Shown one piece after another: positions 1-9,597 of a stretch of 29,561 nucleotides of DNA. Position numbers and translations under genes: made by a program. Where the stretch lies: IMG/VR virus record IMGVR_UViG_3300030372_005756, positions 1 through 29,561 of that record, one strand, 5' to 3'. The DNA comes from a virus. Lineage: Duplodnaviria; Caudoviricetes. Every line of letters begins with the position of its first letter. Within the stretch, counting starts at the first letter, position 1. The notes beneath the pieces are model-generated. The model made no database searches. It had not been told where the DNA came from and worked only from the letters and a program-made list of their open reading frames with translations.

Positions 1-1639
1 CCGCACCGGCAGTATTATCATAAACATAACTCCAACTCTGATCAGTTCTGTATAAAGGAATTTGAGATTTAAATTCATAAACGCCTGGTAAAAGAGTAAA
101 GGCCGTATTGGTCCCAGACTCTCCCGTCGTGCCATTGTAAGAATTAATAAACCAGGTGTCGCCATCAAAAGTATTCGGTTTTACATCAACGGTGCCACTT
201 GAAGCCGAGCCTTGACCGTCAACATTATATTCAACTGTGTTTGCCCATTGGCATGTCGCTGGCAAAAGAGAATCTTTGTTATTTACAACTTGCCCTTCTA
301 GGTTAGAACTTGAATTGTTATAAACACTTCCTACACATAAATAAGGGTTGCTCGGATGGTAATGGCCTCTTAAGTCAGGTCTAAAAATTGGCCCTATGTC
401 GGAAATGGCACTACCACCATCATCTTTTAAATAAAGGTAATACCATGTAGAAGCACTCTCACTAGCATATGCGTCGTTGTTTCCGGTTGTTAATAAATCG
501 GTTGTCATGTTCCAGTCTAAAGTTTCATACGAAAAATTAATTGTATTACTATAAACCCAAGCCGAATTGAATTTTTCTTTTGCTTTTACGTTCGTGTTAC
601 TAAAAACATCTAGAGTAATGTTGTTAATATCTTTTGCCGCATAAAAGAAATCCATACTTCGAGCAGCAACACAATTAGAGGCGTCTTGAATACATACTCC
701 TAAAAGAGTTCTATTAATAGTAACAAAAGCAGAACCACTATACCTTTTCCATTGATTAACATTTAAATCATACCAGTAATCGCCGGTAGAAGGACCCGCG
801 GGTTGAGTTACCGACCAAATTGGATTGTTATAAGTTACATCGGTGGTGGTGCCATCGTTTTGAATAAAAATCCAAGTTAATTTCATTAAGGTAATTGTGT
901 CGTTGTTAGCAATTTTAATTCTATTAATTGGTTTACCAACATTATTTAAAAAAGCTCCTCTAGTTATGTTAGATAACTTTGTTGCCGATTCAACAAAAGC
1001 GATAAAATATTCATCACTAGAGCCATCATTAATTTTAAAAGCGGCTGTCTTTCCTACTAAACCAGAAATTTCACTCCCAACATTATCAATCGTTAGATAA
1101 TCAAAAAATGGCACGACTGTATTATTGTTTTGCCTCATAACATATTTATTAGGAGTTTCTCCCCAATACCTTGTTAGTTCTTGATCCGAAGCATTTGCCA
1201 TGTTTAAAAGAGCGGTGTTGTTCGAAGAAGGGGCAACCGTTAAAGAAGAAATGGTTATGTCAGTGCTACAGGTAACCGCGCTACCATTTACATCAAAAAC
1301 AAGGTTGGTGGTATTCCCTGTAATTTGAACACTTGTAGCGCTACCATTTGCTTTTAAATAATAAGGTTGATTAGATGATGATCTTGTTGATCCTGAGACG
1401 ATTCTATTTGCCGGTGCTGTAATTTGAGTAGCGTCTAAAGCGTCACCACCTAAAACGATTGAATTAAAATAACCAGTACCCCATGGTACGGAAGAAGAAC
1501 CTAAGCCTTGACCACTTGTAGCGGCTCCCGATGAATTTCGTCCAACAAATTCAGCTTGTAAAGCTGTGTTAAAATCATTAAAAAAATCTGAGGTGATAGT
1601 CTCACCTGCGGATCGTGTTTGAAGTGTATTAGTACCCAT
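1..1639 (-). CDS. Tail fibre / receptor-binding protein, N-terminal part (continues at 29561..29353)
   Basis: Not in the ORF track. ATG at 1639 with an AGAGG RBS; reads MGTNTLQTRSAGETITSDFFNDFNTALQAEF..., is S/T/G/N-rich, contains PAGPSTGDYWYD and ends ...YDNTAGA at base 1. No stop was seen in the parts translated by hand. It follows the tail-tip genes. Confidence 0.8.
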   Translation of the reverse strand, partial: MGTNTLQTRSAGETITSDFFNDFNTALQAEFVGRNSSGAATSGQGLGSSSVPWGTGYFNSIVLGGDALDATQITAPANRIVSGSTRSSSNQPYYLKANGSATSVQITGNTTNLVFDVNGSAVTCSTDITISSLTVAPSSNNTALLNMANASDQELTRYWGETPNKYVMRQNNNTVVPFFDYLTIDNVGSEISGLVGKTAAFKINDGSSDEYFIAFVESATKLSNITRGAFLNNVGKPINRIKIANNDTITLMKLTWIFIQNDGTTTDVTYNNPIWSVTQPAGPSTGDYWYDLNVNQWKRYSGSAFVTINRTLLGVCIQDASNCVAARSMDFFYAAKDINNITLDVFSNTNVKAKEKFNSAWVYSNTINFSYETLDWNMTTDLLTTGNNDAYASESASTWYYLYLKDDGGSAISDIGPIFRPDLRGHYHPSNPYLCVGSVYNNSSSNLEGQVVNNKDSLLPATCQWANTVEYNVDGQGSASSGTVDVKPNTFDGDTWFINSYNGTTGESGTNTAFTLLPGVYEFKSQIPLYRTDQSWSYVYDNTAGA

Positions 1640-1666
1640 TTTAAACCTCTCTTTTATATTAAAAAA

Positions 1667-3007
1667 TTATGCTACTTGACTCGTGCCTACAATGGCAAAG
1701 TTAACAGTAGGTGACTCACCAGGGGTAGCGCTTCCTTCTGCTACGATAGAAACACCAACTACAGCAACGCCAACAGTAGAATTGTTTGAAAAGTCTGTGT
1801 AACCGTCACCGATATCTTTACCTGTCTGTCTTAATTTAACAATTGTTGTAAAATTTTTAACGTTTTCTTTTATCTCTATAACTTTAAAAGTGGCTTGCCA
1901 TATAATTCTAGAAGAACCGTATTGAAAAGGGAGCTTTTTATCAGCGTCACCTATTTTTGTAGCACCTATAACCGGCATAAATTTATTTTCAGGCACTAAT
2001 CGTAAAGGATAGTCGACCTTAATTGGATCCAAAACATTAATTGCTTTTGCAAAAGAAGTTTCTAATTCTACTTCACATTCTATTTTAGGAAATTTAAATT
2101 CATCACTTAAGGCCTTAGCTATAGTTAATTCAGTGGCGTCCGTAGTAATAAAATTTAAATTACTAATTGTTTTTTGACGGTAACCATAATCCTCTACATA
2201 AGCAGATTCTATTGAAGTTTGATCACCTACTTTTACAACTGTAAATTGACGTTGTTTTCCGTCGTTGTATTTTTTTAATGATAAAATATTTTGATCACCC
2301 CTTTTAGAAAATGGACCGTAAAAAGCTTTTGCAACCTTATCATTATAAGTTCTAGCACTAACTTTCATCTTATTATCGGTTGTAATTGTAAAAACTGAAT
2401 TTGTGGCCAACAAAAGTTTTGCTATAGCGTCTCGTGTTGGAATGTTGTCGAATTTAGATCCATCGTCGATTACAACGTCACTCGAAGGGTTAATCAAAGT
2501 TTCATCGTAGGTTAGAACGCTTGTTATGTCGCTTTTATTTAATATGCCTTTAAAGGCTTCCTTTGTGGTTTCGCCATTTCCAACAGTATCAGCAGCTACT
2601 CGCGTTGTTCTTAAAACAGAATCATTAGACGGGCATACAATACTTATTTCTTCCTTTTCAAAATTAATTCTTGTGGCCTTATCATCAACTAGGCCATTAA
2701 AGACTGTAGACTCTCCGTCTTTATCATTATAGGTAACTCTAACTTTTGCTAAGTCTCGACCATAAGGGAATAAAGATCTTATGTCGTACATGTCAGAAAA
2801 TTTACCACTATAATTATCAATTTTTAGTTTTACATCGCCATAATAAAAAACCCCAATATCAAAATCTGCGGCATCAATTGATTTTTTCATGTTAGAACTT
2901 GAAATAATGTTAGCACTAACCTCAACTTCTGCTCCATAAGTGTTTAAAGCTATTCTAGGAGTGAAGTAAACTTTATACTGAATGGGAGTTATTGTAGACT
3001 TTGGCAT
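1667..3007 (-). CDS. Tail tip / baseplate hub-like protein
   Basis: 446 aa, second gene after the tape measure, beta-rich. Call is by synteny. Confidence 0.6.
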   Translation of the reverse strand: MPKSTITPIQYKVYFTPRIALNTYGAEVEVSANIISSSNMKKSIDAADFDIGVFYYGDVKLKIDNYSGKFSDMYDIRSLFPYGRDLAKVRVTYNDKDGESTVFNGLVDDKATRINFEKEEISIVCPSNDSVLRTTRVAADTVGNGETTKEAFKGILNKSDITSVLTYDETLINPSSDVVIDDGSKFDNIPTRDAIAKLLLATNSVFTITTDNKMKVSARTYNDKVAKAFYGPFSKRGDQNILSLKKYNDGKQRQFTVVKVGDQTSIESAYVEDYGYRQKTISNLNFITTDATELTIAKALSDEFKFPKIECEVELETSFAKAINVLDPIKVDYPLRLVPENKFMPVIGATKIGDADKKLPFQYGSSRIIWQATFKVIEIKENVKNFTTIVKLRQTGKDIGDGYTDFSNNSTVGVAVVGVSIVAEGSATPGESPTVNFAIVGTSQVA

Positions 3008-3019
3008 TTTTAACTCCCT

Positions 3020-3862
3020 TTATATTATATGAGGTACGGTTTCTAAACCACCTACATCTAAAGGATTAGTATAAATATTTTTAACATACTTTAATTTATA
3101 ACTTTTTTTAACTTGAGATAAAATACAATCTTTTAATCTAAAACCAGGAAGTTGATAAGAAAAATGTTTTGATTCATACCGCCCACCACAAGGATAAATT
3201 AAAAAAGGGTCTTCACTCTCAAAAAGAGTAATAGCCAAGTCAACATCAACATTGTAGACATCACTACTAGGATAATTTTTAAACCGTATAGAATACCCGA
3301 GAGTTTGCTGACTTTTTTGAACACTGTATCGCCCCGATAATGTTTTTTTACTTCTAGTATTTCTTGAAAGATCTATTTTACTAACTTCTGGATACCCGAC
3401 AAAAGTTCCTAATTCACTTGTAGCTATACCTTGACCTAAATATTTTTCAGCGTTCGTTGTTTGAGTTGAAAGGCAAGAAATTTGAATTGCAGAAGTTGAA
3501 ACCGAATCAAATTCATAATAAGAACTATCTTTTGAAAAAGTTGTTTCTGTTATACCACTTAATGAAGTCCCACCTATACCGATTACATTTGCAAAAGCAA
3601 CATAAGAACTTCCGCTTAAATATTTAACAGAAAAGTTCTTAAAATTATGATCTAATAACAAAATTCGATCTATTGTTTTAGTTGATGAAAAATTTATTGT
3701 TATAATTTCAGTTTCACTATCACTAGATCCTACACTGGTCCAATAGGTGTCAACGTCTAAATCTAAAATAAATTTAGCAGCAGCGTCCCCCGAAGTAGCG
3801 GTTGCCGTCCCATCACTCATTTCATTTTTTTTAAAAAATTTTATTCCACCTGTTATAGCCAT
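3020..3862 (-). CDS. Distal tail protein-like, possible N-terminal discoidin/carbohydrate-binding-like domain
   Basis: Directly after the tape measure. 'ATATSG..AKFILDLDVDTYWTS...ITINFSSTKTIDRILL' resembles an F5/8-type pattern. Confidence 0.55.
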   Translation of the reverse strand: MAITGGIKFFKKNEMSDGTATATSGDAAAKFILDLDVDTYWTSVGSSDSETEIITINFSSTKTIDRILLLDHNFKNFSVKYLSGSSYVAFANVIGIGGTSLSGITETTFSKDSSYYEFDSVSTSAIQISCLSTQTTNAEKYLGQGIATSELGTFVGYPEVSKIDLSRNTRSKKTLSGRYSVQKSQQTLGYSIRFKNYPSSDVYNVDVDLAITLFESEDPFLIYPCGGRYESKHFSYQLPGFRLKDCILSQVKKSYKLKYVKNIYTNPLDVGGLETVPHII

Positions 3863-5904
3863 TATGAGGCCTCCTCAATTGAAATTCCTAAAGCTTGATC
3901 TTCAATTTGTTGTGCCGTTAAAACTTGACCAGCTTCATCACTATCAAAACCAATAACTATGCCCATTTGACTTTCTCCGCCAAAAATTTCCGCGTCACGC
4001 CCACCACCAACAGCTCCAACAACTTCTTCAAAATTTCTTGTGGGTACTACCAACTCACCAGGCATTAACATAGCGGGGACCGAATCCGTCCCGGTTAAGC
4101 CACCTGTTATCATCCCACCGTCCGCCATTTTTGGTGGGGAAGCGGAAGCTATGCTTGCAATCTGTACACCAACCGCGGCAGCCGCACCCGCAGCCAAAGC
4201 TAAGTTGAAAGGCCATGGAGCTGAAGACAAGGCTTTTAATATCGCTGCTTTTCCATCGATATAAGCCGTTGCTAGTGCTGCGGCTTTACCTATGGTAAAA
4301 AGTTCTTGATTAGAACTTGACGTCAAGGTACCGATAGTGCCAAGCGTAGATTTAAAATTAATGGCTCTTTCTTTATTTCTTTCTTTCTCGCGCTTGTCTT
4401 CAAGTTTTTTATTTTTTAAATAGTTTGTAATCATTCTATTATCAGAGGCTATAATCATTCTTTCTTCGTCTAGAACATCTTTTTTCTTTTTAGTTTTGGC
4501 TTTTAAGTCCTCTTGTTCTTCTTTAACTCGATTTTTATCTTTCTCTTCTTTTATTGTCTGGTCAGACACTCTTTTCATTTCCCCAAACACTGAATAAAAA
4601 TTTCCCCATATTTCTTTTTGCTTATCTACAAACTCCTGTTCGGAGGTTAATGCTTCCTCTTTGTCTACAATATCTTTTTCTTTTACTTCTTCTTTTTTGC
4701 CACTTATCCACTCTGTTACTGTAGTAAAGGCTTCTTTTGCAAAATCAACAACACCCGTAAAAGTTTCTTGGACTATCTCACCTAATATTTTCCATTGGAC
4801 CATATAGCCTTCAAACTCTTTATTTAAATAGTCTATTGTGTTCTTCCAACTACTCTTTAATAACTCGCCTAAAGCATGCCATAACATTCCGGCTCTTTTC
4901 ATATTAACTTCAAAGTCTTGAACAAATTGTTCAACCGCAATAGAAACAGCAATAATAAGCGCGCCTATACCCGTTGAAACAATGGCGGCCCTGAGTCCCC
5001 TTATAGAAACACTCAAGCCTTTAACCGCGGCCCTAACAGCTATTAAGGCTTTTGTTGCTAAAGCTAGGCCCCCCGTTAGAATAGTGGCATTTGTTGCGAT
5101 TAATAAAATCCTCGCCGCAGTTTTCCCAAACTCTTCGCCATTTGCTTTAAGGGTGTCTAGTATAATTACGTTAAACCAGTGAGCCATTTTAGATAAAGGC
5201 GGCACTAAATGTTTGCCAACCGCTTCCCCTACATCACTTAAAGCACCCCCTAGCTGAATAAAACGTCCAGTGCCTTCTGCCGCGGCTCTCGCTTGTCCGC
5301 CAAATTGGGTTTCTAATTCTTTTAAAATAATCGATTGGGCTCTACTTGTATCCCCCGACTCAACTTGAGCTTTAATCATTTCTTTTTGTGCTTCAGTAAA
5401 TTGAACCCCCGACCTTGTTAATGCCGTTATGCCCGCTATTGGATCATTCAAAGCTTTTCCAAGCATGATAGTGGATGATTTTAAATCGGTCTTCAACATT
5501 GTAGACATGTTTAAAATTGATTCGGTGGCCATTGGGAAAACATCTTTTCCAATTTTTGTAAAAGTTAAAAGTAAAGATTGGGCCTCTATAATAGCTTCAT
5601 CGCCAAAGGTTGTTACTTTTTGTAATTCGGCGGCCATATTTTTTAATTCACTGGCATTTAATCCCGCGGCATGAGAAGTGGACGTTAAAGCGGCCTCTAA
5701 TTTTTGTTCTGCTTGTTCTTGAACTCTATATGTTGCAATTAACCCACCGATTGTAGCGGTTAGACCAGCAAAAGCAACCGTAGCTTTTTTTGCAATCTCG
5801 CTTAAATCCCTTTGTAAATCGGCGGTAGCGGCTTGAGTGCTTTTAATAGCAGCTTGGAAGTTTTTTGTCTCGCCAAGAATTTTTATTACTAAACTTTCCG
5901 CCAT
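3862..5904 (-). CDS. Tail tape measure protein
   Basis: 680 aa, Ala-rich and helical. GKALNDPIAGITAL core and C-terminal MADGG..TDSVPAMLMPGELVV are typical of tape measures. Confidence 0.93.
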   Translation of the reverse strand: MAESLVIKILGETKNFQAAIKSTQAATADLQRDLSEIAKKATVAFAGLTATIGGLIATYRVQEQAEQKLEAALTSTSHAAGLNASELKNMAAELQKVTTFGDEAIIEAQSLLLTFTKIGKDVFPMATESILNMSTMLKTDLKSSTIMLGKALNDPIAGITALTRSGVQFTEAQKEMIKAQVESGDTSRAQSIILKELETQFGGQARAAAEGTGRFIQLGGALSDVGEAVGKHLVPPLSKMAHWFNVIILDTLKANGEEFGKTAARILLIATNATILTGGLALATKALIAVRAAVKGLSVSIRGLRAAIVSTGIGALIIAVSIAVEQFVQDFEVNMKRAGMLWHALGELLKSSWKNTIDYLNKEFEGYMVQWKILGEIVQETFTGVVDFAKEAFTTVTEWISGKKEEVKEKDIVDKEEALTSEQEFVDKQKEIWGNFYSVFGEMKRVSDQTIKEEKDKNRVKEEQEDLKAKTKKKKDVLDEERMIIASDNRMITNYLKNKKLEDKREKERNKERAINFKSTLGTIGTLTSSSNQELFTIGKAAALATAYIDGKAAILKALSSAPWPFNLALAAGAAAAVGVQIASIASASPPKMADGGMITGGLTGTDSVPAMLMPGELVVPTRNFEEVVGAVGGGRDAEIFGGESQMGIVIGFDSDEAGQVLTAQQIEDQALGISIEEAS

Positions 5905-5906
5905 TT

Positions 5907-6230
5907 TTAACCCCTTTGAAATTCTAGCCTTTTTCTTTCTTTGGCTCTTTTTAAGGCTATGTCTAAAGCTTGTTTTTGATTTTCGTCTAAACTTTCTTCT
6001 GTTTTTTTACTTTCTTCGACTGGTTTTTGTAATTCTATACCATGTAAAGACGCCTCAAATTTTCTATCATTATTATTTCTAATCGCTATTTGATTAAGTC
6101 TCCAATATATTTCATGTAATGATAACTTTAAAATTTCGTTCGTACTCCACCCATAATTAAAGCTTAATAGATCAAAAACTTCCGCCCAATTTAAGACGCT
6201 TTTTTCTTTTTTGTTGGTTTGGCTTTTTTT
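5907..6230 (-). CDS. Tail assembly chaperone C-terminal ('T') extension reached by -1 frameshift
   Basis: Start-less -1 frame open for 107 codons (..LNWAEVFDLLSFNYGWSTNEILKLSLHEIYWRL..LEFQRG*), ending 2 nt before the tape-measure ATG. Confidence 0.8.
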   Translation of the reverse strand, partial: KKSQTNKKEKSVLNWAEVFDLLSFNYGWSTNEILKLSLHEIYWRLNQIAIRNNNDRKFEASLHGIELQKPVEESKKTEESLDENQKQALDIALKRAKERKRLEFQRG

Positions 6231-6676
6231 TTAACTTTTTTATCAAACCCTTTTGAGTCAATAGAGCTTAGGGTTTCTTTTCTCAAGGCTTCAATTTGTT
6301 TCTCATTAAACCCCATTGAGCAAAGAAGAGCGAAAAACATTTCCATTTGTTCGGTAACTGACCCTATACATTTAAGAAGTAGGTTATAACCGCCAAGTTC
6401 TTCTATTTTTTCTTCGCCGGTCTCGACATCAATAGTTCTGACTGTGACCTTTTTAAATTCCTTAGCTGATTCATACTCCATTAAATATAAAACTATTCTT
6501 GATAGGTCTTCACTAATTGGATTAGATAAAACTTTTTCAACGTCTAAACCATTATCTTTTAAATCTATTATATCTTTAGGTGTACATGGCCTTATAAAAA
6601 AGTCTTTTTCTAATATTCTTAAATGAAACTCGCTTCTTTTTGGCATTAAATCGGTTATCTTAAAGTTTTCAAACAT
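6191..6676 (-). CDS. Tail assembly chaperone (lambda G-like)
   Basis: Lies between tail tube and tape measure. In-frame slippery A_AAA_AAG at 6212..6206 and an A9 run at 6232..6224. Confidence 0.8.
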   Translation of the reverse strand: MFENFKITDLMPKRSEFHLRILEKDFFIRPCTPKDIIDLKDNGLDVEKVLSNPISEDLSRIVLYLMEYESAKEFKKVTVRTIDVETGEEKIEELGGYNLLLKCIGSVTEQMEMFFALLCSMGFNEKQIEALRKETLSSIDSKGFDKKVKKKAKPTKKKKAS

Positions 6677-6783
6677 AAACGCCCCTCTATAATATTAAGC
6701 TAAAAATTGGATTAGATCTTATTTTTTTTGTGATCACGTTTTATAATATAAAACAAATTAATCAAATTTAAAAAGGTTCTATT

Positions 6784-7011
6784 ATGGAAAATTTAGATGA
6801 ATATATACATATAAGAGTTTCAAAATATGAGAAAAATAGATTAAGGTGGTTGGCCAACAAATACGCGGATGGAAATGTTTCTCTTTGGATTATTTATGCG
6901 TCTTTAAATGTTAATAGAGAATTTATAAAACCAGAGGACTTAAAAGAGTCGAAAAGGAAAAGGGTTAGGGGGCGTAAAAACGCCCACCATAACCAGAGTA
7001 AAGATGTGTGA
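6784..7011 (+). CDS. Small ribbon-helix-helix-like DNA-binding protein
   Basis: YIHIRVSKYEKNRLRWLANKYADGNVSLWI fits a strand-helix-helix pattern. It has an AAGG RBS and occupies otherwise non-coding space. Confidence 0.6.
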   Translation: MENLDEYIHIRVSKYEKNRLRWLANKYADGNVSLWIIYASLNVNREFIKPEDLKESKRKRVRGRKNAHHNQSKDV

Positions 7012-7014
7012 CTT

Positions 7015-7890
7015 TTAAGCGTCTACCCAACGAATTTTAAAGACACCATCTTTCGCGCTATCGTATAGCATTTTCACGGTAACTTCCGCGGCACTAAAAG
7101 CATTTCTAGCAAAGTTCAAAGGCATCCCGACCGCTTTACAATTGAACGCGTCAATTTCGATCATCTGGCCATCAGATTTTTTTTGGGCGTACAGAACGGC
7201 TCCAAAATTCGGGAAGGTCTGACTAGCTTGGGCGCCTATGGTAACGTCCATACTACTCGTATTAATAGGTCTAATATAAAACTCTGCACTGTCACCAGTA
7301 GTAAAAGCGGGGGTTCCTACTTTAGAAAAAGTTAAACCAAAGGTTGCCTCTACCGCGTCACCGGAAGCAACACTTAATGCGGAGGCTATTTTAAGGCTAT
7401 CATTTATATAAGATCCATCGGTACCTCTACCAATATCAATATCACTTGAGAGATAAAGATCAAAAGTATTGGCGCCTGTAGCAATTACAATATATTTTCC
7501 AAATTTTAAATCCGCAGTATCGCCACCTGTTAACTCAACGGCATCAATACCATTGGCGCCATCTTTAACGGTGGTCCCTTTAACATTCCCAAAACCAGAA
7601 ACTGATCCACCAGTTTCAGCTGAGTTTGTTGTGGGGGCATTCCCTAAAAATAATTCAAAAACAAAATCTGGGTATTCACTAAAAGACAAACTCATTTCCG
7701 CAGTAATGGCGCCATCCGCTGCTTCCCATGGAAATTTATTTGAACCGCCTAAGAGGTCAATAGTTTCGCCCGCTAAACTTAAACTTGAATTTTCTAAAAC
7801 GCGAAGCTCCCCATAAAATGAGCCATCGGTCCTTGAATAGGGGCTGACTGAATGTATCCCGAATAGACTTCGGGGTGCTGACAATGCCAT
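7015..7890 (-). CDS. Major tail (tube) protein
   Basis: 291 aa, G/S/T-rich, located after the tail terminator and before the chaperone; GGAG RBS. Confidence 0.8.
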   Translation of the reverse strand: MALSAPRSLFGIHSVSPYSRTDGSFYGELRVLENSSLSLAGETIDLLGGSNKFPWEAADGAITAEMSLSFSEYPDFVFELFLGNAPTTNSAETGGSVSGFGNVKGTTVKDGANGIDAVELTGGDTADLKFGKYIVIATGANTFDLYLSSDIDIGRGTDGSYINDSLKIASALSVASGDAVEATFGLTFSKVGTPAFTTGDSAEFYIRPINTSSMDVTIGAQASQTFPNFGAVLYAQKKSDGQMIEIDAFNCKAVGMPLNFARNAFSAAEVTVKMLYDSAKDGVFKIRWVDA

Positions 7891-7909
7891 TATAAACTCT
7901 CCTTGTTAG

Positions 7910-8383
7910 TTATCCTAAACTAGTTGTAATTTGAATTCCAGTTGCTCTAAATTCTTGTTGTTCGTTTAACCCTGTTAAGGGTATAGGTGTTATCTGATTA
8001 ATAGAAACATAATTAGAGTTGGCTTTTATAAAAAAATTTTCTTCAAAAATTTCTTTCATGGCCCTTAAATATCTAAACATTCTCGAAGGTATATCGGTAT
8101 ATGCTGATTGATCAGCTAAAACTAAAATACAATTAATTAAAAATTGTTCTGGTACTGTGGTAGCGGTCCCAGCGCCTTCTATTTCTTCACAGCTATAAAA
8201 AATAAATGGGTTATAGTTTACAGTAGTGCTATCTAGTTCTTGTAAAAAATAGGCGTTGTTATCTACTGTTAGAAGGGTTATGGAGTCGGCTTTTTCATCG
8301 TTTATTGAAGCTATTTTTGTGTTTAAATTATTAACCATTATAGCTTTTACATCACTCATTAAATTTTCTAAATCATAGGCCAT
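7910..8383 (-). CDS. Tail terminator / completion protein
   Basis: 157 aa, acidic, directly upstream of the tail tube. Call is by synteny. Confidence 0.6.
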   Translation of the reverse strand: MAYDLENLMSDVKAIMVNNLNTKIASINDEKADSITLLTVDNNAYFLQELDSTTVNYNPFIFYSCEEIEGAGTATTVPEQFLINCILVLADQSAYTDIPSRMFRYLRAMKEIFEENFFIKANSNYVSINQITPIPLTGLNEQQEFRATGIQITTSLG

Positions 8384-8386
8384 TTA

Positions 8387-8914
8387 TTACTTCCTTTTTT
8401 TTAATGAGTCAACGCAGTATTTTTCTAGGATTTCCATCCAGGCCCTTTTCCTTCTTTGTATATGTTGACTTTTGGCCCACAAACCCCTTTCGGTCCCAAC
8501 TACTAAATAAGGTCTAGCGGGCATAACTTTAGTTCCAAATTGTAAATACCCCGCATACGGTATTTTCGTCCCTAGCAATAGAGTTTTTTTATTAATTACA
8601 GTGGCCACCGTATTTTGGTCTTCTGGTCTTGTTAAGCTATTCATTAAGTCGCCACTAGCTCTCAAAATAGGATAAATAAAACCAAATTTTTTATCTTTAT
8701 GTCTTTTATAATTTTCAGACAAGTCCGTGAAAACGTCTGGACCGTTCGTCCCTTCCCCTGGAAATAAAGCCATATTTGTTTTATAAAACGACATTGTAAT
8801 GAGTTTAAAAGGCGTTTTTAAATTATCGACTTTTTTACCGGCTCTTAATAAAGCCTTTCTAAAAGAGCCTTTAGGGTCTACTCTAAAATCTATAAATTTA
8901 CTCTTTGTTACCAT
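8387..8914 (-). CDS. Virion morphogenesis protein (Mu G / P2 S-like neck protein)
   Basis: Motifs ILRASGDLMNSL and GTKIPYAGYLQFGTKVMPARPYL. Confidence 0.8.
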   Translation of the reverse strand: MVTKSKFIDFRVDPKGSFRKALLRAGKKVDNLKTPFKLITMSFYKTNMALFPGEGTNGPDVFTDLSENYKRHKDKKFGFIYPILRASGDLMNSLTRPEDQNTVATVINKKTLLLGTKIPYAGYLQFGTKVMPARPYLVVGTERGLWAKSQHIQRRKRAWMEILEKYCVDSLKKRK

Positions 8915-9339
8915 TGTTGTTCGTCTCTCTTAACAACGTGCTTTATATCGTCACTAACCGCGAAACTGTCTACGCCATCGTTAGATTCCGCTAAAGTGGC
9001 GTCACTTAAAATCAACCTACCTTCTGCTATATCATCAAGTTTGGTTTTGGCCATTGCAAATAAGTTTGAAGAACTGTCTTGGTCAAGTTCAGGACGTCCA
9101 GTCTTAACCGCTAGAATCCGCTTAACTCTAGAAGAAACTAGTTGGATACTAATAGTTTTTAAAATTCTCAAAGTATAGGTGCCTGTAGCGGGGACTACAT
9201 ACTTCCTACCAATAATTCCATCTATAAAAGCGTCTTCCTGTTCTATAAAACCGTCAACTTCTGCACTAGTAATCCCGCCACTAGTATAAGTTAAGTTTTT
9301 AAACTCGCTTTGTATGTCTGAATTAGTACAATACGCCAT
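8908..9339 (-). CDS. Head-tail adaptor (Mu gp36 / DUF1320-like)
   Basis: MAYCTNSDI start, FIDGIIGRKYVVP, and AKTKLDDIAEGRLIL. Confidence 0.8.
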   Translation of the reverse strand: MAYCTNSDIQSEFKNLTYTSGGITSAEVDGFIEQEDAFIDGIIGRKYVVPATGTYTLRILKTISIQLVSSRVKRILAVKTGRPELDQDSSSNLFAMAKTKLDDIAEGRLILSDATLAESNDGVDSFAVSDDIKHVVKRDEQQW

Positions 9340-9540
9340 TTAGATCACCTTTTTTTTGGTAGCTCTTTTTTTTCTAACTGGTTTAGGTTTTTCTTCTAGG
9401 CCTTCAAACTTTATTAATTCTTCGTTTACTAATTTACTTAAAAGCAGAGAGCCTATTTCTTCTTCGTCAAAAGAGCTTAATTCTTCGCCTTCAAGTTTTG
9501 AAATTGAATTACATTTAAAATTTTTAATAGCTTTATACAT
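9340..9540 (-). CDS. Small hypothetical protein after the capsid gene
   Basis: 66 aa with a Lys-rich tail, AAGGGG RBS, abuts the adaptor gene. Confidence 0.7.
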   Translation of the reverse strand: MYKAIKNFKCNSISKLEGEELSSFDEEEIGSLLLSKLVNEELIKFEGLEEKPKPVRKKRATKKKVI

Positions 9541-9553
9541 TTTAACCCCTTTT

Positions 9554-9583
9554 AAAAGAAAGGGGTGAGCATAAACTCACCCC
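9554..9583 (-). terminator. Rho-independent terminator after the major capsid gene
   Basis: GGGGTGAG-6nt-CTCACCCC stem followed by TTTCTTTT on the minus strand. Confidence 0.8.
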
Positions 9584-9597
9584 CAAACATTTTAAAA

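Noticed and set aside
1-1639. Diversity-generating retroelement targeting the fibre
   Set aside because: No reverse transcriptase and no template/variable repeat pair seen.
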